Shown here: positions 55,676 through 64,000 of the stretch, in pieces
How positions within the stretch are numbered: the stretch's first letter is position 1
Layout of the letters: every line of letters starts with the position of its first letter
Assembly (NCBI RefSeq): GCF_006345805.1
Contig: NC_043003.1
Coordinates: 22,382,001-22,446,000, forward strand
Direction: 5' to 3'
Origin: Octopus sinensis
Lineage: Eukaryota
Length of the DNA: 64,000 nt
The notes under the pieces: generated by a model
What the model was told of the DNA's origin: nothing
What the model saw: only the letters and a program-made list of their open reading frames with translations
Database searches by the model: none
Program-made: the position numbers and the translations under genes

Positions 55676-56601
55676 CATACATACATATGGCCGTTAGCGA
55701 CAGACTTGCAGACGCAGAGGTTCATTAAAAATGCGATTTTGAACGTTATCTCCTGTAACTATGCCAACCTGGAGAAACGAAGATCAGTAAATGATTATGT
55801 TATACTTCTTTTACAAATAAGAGATGTACCTTTTACTCACCAATTCACCGCTATTCATACTAGGTTACACAAGAAATTTCCCTGCGTAGAATTTCGTTTA
55901 TACGATTATGGTTGACAATAGACCCAACATTGACATCAGCACCACCGACGTACGTGTGAACTATCTTCGAAAGCATAATTAAATCTATCGTCAAATGTAA
56001 TATCGGTATCGAATTTTGACACAAGGCCAGTAGTATTGGTGTCAAATTTTGGCACAAAGTCAGCAACTTCGAGGAAGGGTATAAGTCGATTATATTGACC
56101 CCAATGCTCAACTGGGCCTATCTTATCGACCTTGAAAGAATGAAAGGCAAAGTCGATCTCGGTGGAATTTGAACTCAGAACGTAAAGACGGGTTAAATGT
56201 CGCCAAGCATTTTGCTCGGCGTGCTAACAGTTCTGCCAGCTCGCCGCCTTGAATCGTTAAATCTAATATCGCGTGTTACCGATAGAGGGCAGTGAGCTGG
56301 GAGAATCGTTAGCAAGTTTTGACAAAATACTTAGCAGCATTTCTTGCGGCTCTTTACGTCCTGGTCTGAGTTCAAATCCTGTCGAGGTCAACTTTGCCTT
56401 TCAACTCCTCGAGGCCGATAAAATACATCACCAGACAAGCACTGGGGTCGATGTAATCAACTTGCATCCCACTCCTCTCTTCAAGATTTCTGACTTTGAA
56501 TCTTGCAAGGGGCCCGCCTCCCGTTTAGGGGAAATGTTGCAATCTCGGTCGCTTATACGCCCTGGAAATCGGGTACTTTACGATCATGTTTATTTTTTTA
56601 A

Positions 56602-56778
56602 TTTCATCTAGTTTCAGCTCACGAGCTGTGGCCATGCTGGGGCACCGCCATTTGGTGTTGCTACATAATTTTACTTCACGAATGTTTTTTAGCTATTGAC
56701 ATTTGGTGCATGAGAGAGTTTGATGCAGCTCCCCTCATCTGCACCTCCTGCCGCGAAGTTGGTTCATCTGGCACACCT
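56602..56778 (-). mobile_element. CR1-like LINE 3' end
   Basis: VPDEPTSRQEVQMRGAASNSLMHQ C-terminal motif followed by tail ggcggtgccccagcatggccacagctcgtgagctgaaac. Confidence 0.7.
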
Positions 56779-56834
56779 GACATGTGTATATGAAATAATA
56801 AAAAAACAAATAAATAAACAAATAATTAATTTAC

Positions 56835-57081
56835 CTGTTAACTTGTTTTTGTTATTTGATCCGTCTAGTTGGTCCCATCTTATGTATAGATAAGTTCCAT
56901 CGTTTTGAGTGTCTGCGAGACCTTTCTTATAGAGTTTTTCAATGTCCTCGACGCTTGGTGCGACAGATTTCTCTACAGATATTCGAAAGTTCACTTCAAC
57001 ATAAGTAGGTTTCCAAATAATGTGGACTATTTGAACACCTAGCAAACCAGGAAGCCCTTGAGAAGTAAATATTGATAGTAG
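56835..57081 (-). CDS. SEA/EGF transmembrane protein, exon encoding a probable SEA-like domain C-terminal half (LLSIFTSQGLPGLLGVQIVHII...VEVNFRISV...NKLT)
   Basis: ttttctgtttcag acceptor, gtaaat donor, 247 nt open, phase 0-1, joining the EGF exon in frame (G+AA=E). The SEA assignment rests only on the beta-strand pattern and domain context. Confidence 0.72.
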
Positions 57082-57392
57082 CTGAAACAGAAAATAAACA
57101 GATAAAATAACGGGTAACAGCAGGCAAGATAAAAATAAAGATAGAATAATAATAATAAAAAAGATATGGGTTAGTCAATTAAATTGACACGAGTACTTGA
57201 CTGGTACTTTATTTTATCGACCCCTAAAATGGTAAAAACAAATTTGACCATAATAAGATTCGAGATTCGAGCTCTAAACATGAGAAAAAAACCCCAGAAG
57301 AAATGCTGAAAGGAATTTTGTCTAACATTTTAACGAGTCTGCTAATCCACCACACATATAAACACAAACGTCCACACATACGTGCGCGCAAA

Positions 57393-57459
<67 letters not shown>

Positions 57460-57493
57460 ATGTGTGTGTGTGTGTGTGCGTGTGTGATTTGCA

Positions 57494-57544
57494 CGCCTGA
57501 AGAATATGTTTGAGTTCTCTCAAAATATGAAACTGTTAGTAGCG
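57494..57544 (+). ncRNA. Type-I hammerhead ribozyme motif
   Basis: cgc-CTGAAGA-atat(g)tttgag-ttct-ctcaaaatat-GAAAC-tgtta-GTA-gcg, with AATAAA ~25 nt downstream. Confidence 0.8.
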
Positions 57545-59699
57545 CTTTAATACATGTATTGCGACTTTTAAATAAATAAAATTATATATTTATTTTATGT
57601 ATGTATGTATGAATCTATGTTTGTTTGTTTGTGTGTGTGTGTGCATGTATGGGGTGGGGGGTGCGTGCGTGTATCTACATACACGCACATGCACGTGTGA
57701 ATAAGCACGTGTGAATAAGCATATAATGACGATGATGATGGTCACTCCTGTCGATTTCGACGTTTGAGTGTTCGAAAGAAAGGATCATAAACACAAGAAG
57801 CTAAAAAGCTGCATCTATTTGCGATGGATGCATGAATATGATTCGAGTCCAGGTATGGATTTTGCTATGAAGTCACAATGGGGACGATGGGGATTTTGAT
57901 TTAGCCAGGGATTGGTCAAATATCTCTGTTGATTTGAGGATATAATTCTTTTATTGTTCTGTTTCTTCAATTCAAATAATTGTAAAGCACCATGACACAT
58001 TTTACACCATTCAGATCGGTGTAGGCAATAACTTTCCCAAGATGTTGAATGAAGCTGTCGGGATTTTAATGATTGTTTCAACTTATCCTTATATTTAAAA
58101 ATGGTCTTCCATTACCACGGAATTCAGTGGGTTGACAAAAACATCAAGGACGATACAAAATGTGATTACATAAAAACGTGTAAAAAAGTAAAATACTCGA
58201 AACAAAAAACAAGAAAAGAGAAAGGATCTAAACAGGAAATATATCCCCAGTAGGAGAAGAGACCTCCGAGGGCTGTTTACGGAAGCCCCCCAAAAGCATG
58301 GTGATCCCGATTACATTGGCAAGTACATTTTTCAAGCTGATAGTCTTCAGTCTGAAGGTGCATGATCAGAGAAGGCTTGTTCGCTCAGACCGTGCTCAAC
58401 TACTCTCTTTTTTTACGGGCTAAACACAGAGGTGACAAACAAGGACAGACAAAGGGATTAAGTCGATTACATCGATCCCAGTGCGTGACTGGTACTTAAT
58501 TTATCGACCCCGAAAGGATGAAAGGCAAAGTCGACCTCAGCGGAATTTGAACTCAGAACGTAATGGTAGACGAAATACTGCTAAGCATTTCGCCCGGCGT
58601 GATACCGATTCTGCCAGCTCGCCGCCCTTCCGTGCTCACTACTCTCTTCTACCTTTTAACAAATTTTCTGGTCGGTAGCATTTCCTTCTCTACCCTCGCT
58701 CTCCTTTTCTAGTCAAACTTGAAAAAGTTGACGAAAGTTTGGCCATAAAGGAAGATGCTTGTCTTCAGCTCTTTCATTCTAGTCTAGCGTTAAAGTAAAC
58801 ATGACATACAAAAAAATCTCTACGGACGTATGATGTAGTCCTCTTGATACAGGAATCTCCTACGAGGGCCAATCAAGAAATCTACAAATTCAGGATCACT
58901 CTGACCACCGACAGCACGAGCCTACACCCTGCTATTCCCTTGTCTACTGGGTTAGGGAACAACAGCATAGAGTAGTTCCATCCACCTTAACCATTTTCAC
59001 CACAGTCACCCAGATTTTGACAAATTCGCTAGAAAGTGAATGTGAGATAAGCTCTTTTTCTCCACTTTTACTTTCCTTTCGAAGCAGAACTTGGCAAAAT
59101 CGACGATGGCTTGACCAAAGAGGAAGGTATCTTTTCTGCTCTAGGCACAAGGCCCACAATTTTTTGGGAGGGACCTAATCTATTAGATCGACCCCAGTAT
59201 GCAACTGGTACTTAATTTATCGACCCCGAAAGGATGAAAGGCAAAGTCGACCTCGGCAGAATTTGAACTCAGAACGTAACGGCAGACGAAATAGCGCTAA
59301 GTATTTCGCCCGGCGTGCTAAAGTTTTTTATTTCTTTATTGCCCACAAGGGGCCAAACATAGAGAGGACAAACAAGGACAGACAAATGGATTAAGTCGAT
59401 TACATCGACCCCAGTGCGTAACTAGTATTTTATTTATCGACCCCGAAAGGATGAAAGGCAAAGTCGATCTCGACAGAATTTGAACTCAGAACGTAACGGC
59501 AGACGAAATAACGCTAAGCATTTCGCCCGGCGTGCTGACGTTTCTGCCTGTTAACCACCTTAGCAACAACATAAAGACTTAAGAATAACATAAAGACTTA
59601 AGAATATACAAAACCTGAAAAGTTTAAGACTAGATGTGATTGAAACGATTTGGCTTAAATATTACGCGTATGAATTTGCATTTTGTTATGTTGACTTGC

Positions 59700-60280
59700 T
59701 TCATATTTAACAGAAAGTTTCCTGTTATGGACGGTGATAAAAGAGAAAACTAAACGGTCTTTATACTAAAATATGGAAGAAAAAACCCTGAATTAACTAG
59801 ATTTTGCCATATCAAATATCAGCTGCTGATATGGAAGCTACTGACAGAACTGATGGTTGAAGGGATATAATTTCTACTTGAAATAGAATATCTAGTTGCA
59901 CAAGAACAAATTTATAACCATATATTGACGGAATATTGACAAAACGCTACTTCAACAGAGGATACATCGCAAGAGGAATCTATCTGAGGAATGGATGGGT
60001 TGTTAAAAGAGTATATGAGAGGATTCCTCCTTCCTGGATTTTAAAGTATTTGAAAATATTTACCATCCACAATGTAATAAATACTTTATCGAGGTGATCA
60101 TAAAGCTTCGGCTGTTTGTGTGGATGTGTGATCATGGCAGTATATTTTTAGATGAAAGTGAGTTCAAAAGATATTTTCCAAGAAGATTCTCTGGCACAAT
60201 TTCTGTTGCTTATTGGTATGATTTTGCCTGTCATATTGATCCTTAACATAAATCATTAAGCTTTAGGTTTGAGAGTATGA
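59700..60280 (+). pseudogene. Heavily decayed non-LTR reverse transcriptase fragment (R4/Dong-like)
   Basis: YERIPPSWILKYL (cf. AYDxVPHSWI) and IFQEDSLAQFL (cf. IFQGDSLSPLLF). Confidence 0.55.
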
Positions 60281-61599
60281 GCATATGAGCTGATTGGATC
60301 GTCCAAAGTGCGTAGTTGGTTCTTATTTTATCAATCCACGAAAGATGAAAGCTAAATCAACCACAGCGAGATTTGAAATCAGAATGTAAAGAAGAACAAG
60401 TAAATACCGTATTTTGCCAATCTATCTATCGATTCTGTCAAACACATTTCTTACAAAGCAAAAGAGCTAATTTCTTTGATACTGCCCGACAAAATATTCA
60501 GTATAGATGTTGAAATGAAGTTCACTAATGACAGAACCACCCTGTTAGACATAGTCTATCCAGGACTAGATAATCTAACGTTTCTTCTCCGTTCTTATAA
60601 TGGAAAAATACGATTTGAGAAATATTTAGCTGTTGTTTCTGGTTAACATGAGAAGCATCCTCATTCGTTATAATCAGCATTGCTATGGCTATACTTGGAA
60701 ACCCAAATGCTGCCTTTAAGGAATCCCAGAACACTGAAAATTTTTGAACAGCATGAGATATGAGAACAAATGTGTTACCAGGAAGAGATGTTGCTCTAGG
60801 CTTAACTGTTACAAATTTTCCAATTCTAGCCTCAATAAGTGCTCCCTTTCACCAAAATAACCACAAGTATCAGCACAATACACACATCTGCATTATTTGG
60901 AACAACCAAAATATTATCGATCGCATATAGTATGCAAATATTTAGAATGGATAGAAAATACAATTTATTTATATTTCCTGTTGCGTAACTTCACACTGTA
61001 GTATAGAGGTTTTTACAAAAATCAACAACTTCTAACAGCTGATTGTCAACAAATATTAACGCCCCGTCCCGTGCAAATAGCAACAGAAATTCTCTTAAAT
61101 GCGATGATATAAGTAACATCTAGAAAAAAGGAACTTCAAAGAAGTTTAATGTAAATAATATAACTAGTCGTTTTAAGACTGTATTAAACTTTAACCAATA
61201 TAAATATTTCTTTATCATAGAAATGACTGCGGCAATGGCTTGCCAAAACATGTAAGCAAGTCAGTAAATATATATACTGTAAAACTATCGAATATAATAC
61301 AACATTGCCTCTACACACACATAAATAACAAACACAAATTCAAAGAAAATTTCTCTTTAACATTAAGTTAATAAAGAGAATTAATACTGTAAATGAATGT
61401 TTAACAAATACAAAACGGCATCAAAATTGATATAGGTGCTAAAAAACATGGCCTTCTCAAAACAGACATTTAGCTATCAATATTTCGATTTCCAAGTCAA
61501 GCCGAATAAAAAATTTGTTAATAAACAAAAGAATAGTCGATCTTCTATGATATACTTTGATGAAGCGGCATTATTACATAACATAATTTACTAAAGATA

Positions 61600-63550
61600 T
61601 TTCAAATTTTGAACAAGAAGAGGCACGCTGCGCTGCCTTGGTTTTAGTATCAAAGCAAAACCATACAATAATCTGCTGATTTTGATACACACTACAAGCT
61701 AATTGACCAATGATATAGGATCTCTGTTATTTTGACTAAAGTAGAAATTATATGTCCAAAATTATCAAAAGAGTATCAGTGATGTTATGTCTTGAAAACA
61801 GAAATCCACAAAAAAAAAAGGCAAAAACTCATGAAACCTGGTGTACAGAAGTACAGCAATTAATTGTTCGATTTCCGAACCAAACCACATATAAATATGT
61901 TGAAGAACAAAGAAGAGCATGTCTAAGATGTATTTCGTCAACAAAGCGTGGTTATTTAGCATATTCAGAAAATATATAATGGTGTCGTTAGTGCAGGGTC
62001 TAAAAATGCATGGCCTCCTTTTAATAGAAGCTCCGTAAATCAATAATTCGATTTCCAAACGAAATCAAACCAGACCAAGTCAGAAATACGTCAATGAATT
62101 AAAGAACACATTATCTAAGCCATTGCTCCCCAGACTTTATTAACCACGACACCTTTTCATTTGCTAACACTTTTCAATGACATCTAACTACGATTTAATA
62201 AAATTAAATACATCATATTTACATATGCATATATATGTATACACAAGCCAGGACATTACCTAAAGCTACAGGTGTAGTGATGGTCTTCATTGTATGTATG
62301 GAAATACAAATTTCGACAATGTCTTTTAAATTATAGTGCTTTTTTTGCATAAAACAATGAGGGACAATTTAAACTGTGTGGTTTTGTTTGATAGACCGGA
62401 GACGGTCTCAGGTCGATTGGTACCAAAAGGACACATGCTACAGAAAAGAAAAAAATATATTAAATCAGTTGAATCCGGTTTCTTACGTAACTGTTACACT
62501 TATCTTCAGAGAAACTGTGTATTTATTTTTTAAAACACACACAAAAAGAAACTTCGTACATTTTTAGAAACAGCAATCAAAACGAATTTCGATGATACTA
62601 AACGTCAACAAGGTAAAACTAAAAGAAAAAGACACTCATTAATCTAAGAAGAAAGCAAATAGTGTAAATAAAATAACAAGCAGAAAAAATAAAGCAAACT
62701 AAACGGGAACATTTAAAGAATATAAATAATATGTGAAGACATTCTAGAGTCAGTAGAAAGCTTTAAAGGAAATATTCAGGTTAATACCAACAGAATTAAG
62801 AGCTGTAATAAAAGACATCGCTGTAGGAAAACAGCAATCATTTTTTGCTTTTTAAAGAAGAAGTCAAGTATTATTCTTCCAACCAAAAATAGTTCTGGTT
62901 ATGGAAAAAAGGAAATGGAGATAGGAATTCTGTCTAAAAGAACAGATAGCTACGACAACCAAAGAATATATTTAACAAGTATTAATAAACAATATCATAA
63001 CTGGTGATAACAGAAGCAGAAAAAAAAAAGAAATTTAAAGCTCAGAAAAAGAACGTAAGCTTGGACAACGGAAAATATTTTGGATACAGGAATATATTCC
63101 ATGATTATGATAGCAGTGACCATACATAACACGAAGAGATTGAGAACAACTAAGTGTCTGTACAAAACAAAGGGATTAGTAAAATATAACCAATCTACAC
63201 CAAGAAAGGAATTTTTCAAGGAAAGTTATTCTGAATAGCATTGATTCCCTTGACTATCAATGTTGAACCTCACAAACTGTGGAATTATCTGATATGCACA
63301 GAGCGTGAACTATTAATTATAAATGGATCATTGAAAGTGAAAAATGGCGATCAATGATCACGTTTTTTTGAAAACGGCTCAGTGTTTGGCACAGATATGA
63401 ATATTAAACTTAGGGAGATGAGAACGACGGTAAAAACAAACCAGAAAGCAAAAATGCAAAAATCTTATTAACTACAAAAGCGTATAAAGACATGATATAT
63501 GGCTAAATTAATACACTAGAACAAGGATTTCTTGTAATGTTAGCCGACAG
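61600..63550 (+). pseudogene. Very decayed LINE-derived sequence
   Basis: A-rich strand bias and fragments such as TWCT...RRACLRCISSTKRGY and KATG. No intact frame. Confidence 0.35.
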
Positions 63551-64000
63551 ATATTAAAGATTAAAAGAACTACATAGATAAAAGCAATTGCATATGTAAT
63601 AAAAAGTAAAAACAGTATAGTAAAGTGGTGGACTGTCGGTTAAGTTTGACCTTTAATGACTTGTATATCTATGTGCAGACCTGGTAAAGGTTCTTTTTTG
63701 AAGAAGACTGGTATTTGCTCACGTGCGCAATTTTTTTCTCTGTCCACGCTGCTGGTATTATGTTGGCCAAAGGAAACGGCGTCGACTTAGGTCGATGTTC
63801 CTTGGCACTAGTATGACGGAGGTATTACTACCAGAAACGCAAAGACCCAGAACAAATACAACCAGGTATCTTGCCTGAGACTCTCACAGTTCCGTTAGTC
63901 CATCACCCTGGAATGGCACTTGTTTTATCGACCTCGAAAAGATGAAAAAGGCAAAGCTGACGCTGATAGGATTTGAACTCAGGGCGTAGAAAGACGAGTC

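Noticed and set aside
60500-60900. Possible decayed hAT transposase on minus
   Set aside because: Only vague ARI..PRA and WDSL similarity, too degraded to support.

Overview
AT-rich, microsatellite-dense animal genomic DNA. The SINE, Penelope and mariner repertoire resembles an octopus/cephalopod assembly (inferred, not searched). There is one 100-N scaffold gap at 38429-38528. Most of the window is the 3' part of a minus-strand spliced gene: 8 phase-consistent GT-AG coding exons from 57081 down to a stop at 15003, encoding a single-pass protein with a partial SEA-like domain, a Ca-binding-type EGF, a second EGF, a TM helix and a Tyr/Pro-rich tail. Its 5' exons were not found in the window. 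The first ~4.7 kb is CpG-depleted and may be the 3' end of a convergent gene. The rest is transposon-derived: tRNA-derived SINE families, three copies of one mariner deletion derivative, a Tc1 relic, MITEs, RTE/CR1/R4-Dong-type LINE relics and a Penelope GIY-YIG ORF. The most notable signal is a set of minimal type-I hammerhead ribozyme motifs (CUGAnGA...GAAA...GUH). There are five near-intact loci with unrelated stems plus several decayed ones. Many sit in long fold-back palindromes or next to (TA)n/(TG)n tracts, and one lies just downstream of the Penelope ORF. Nearly all ORFs in the supplied track are microsatellite or repeat artefacts.
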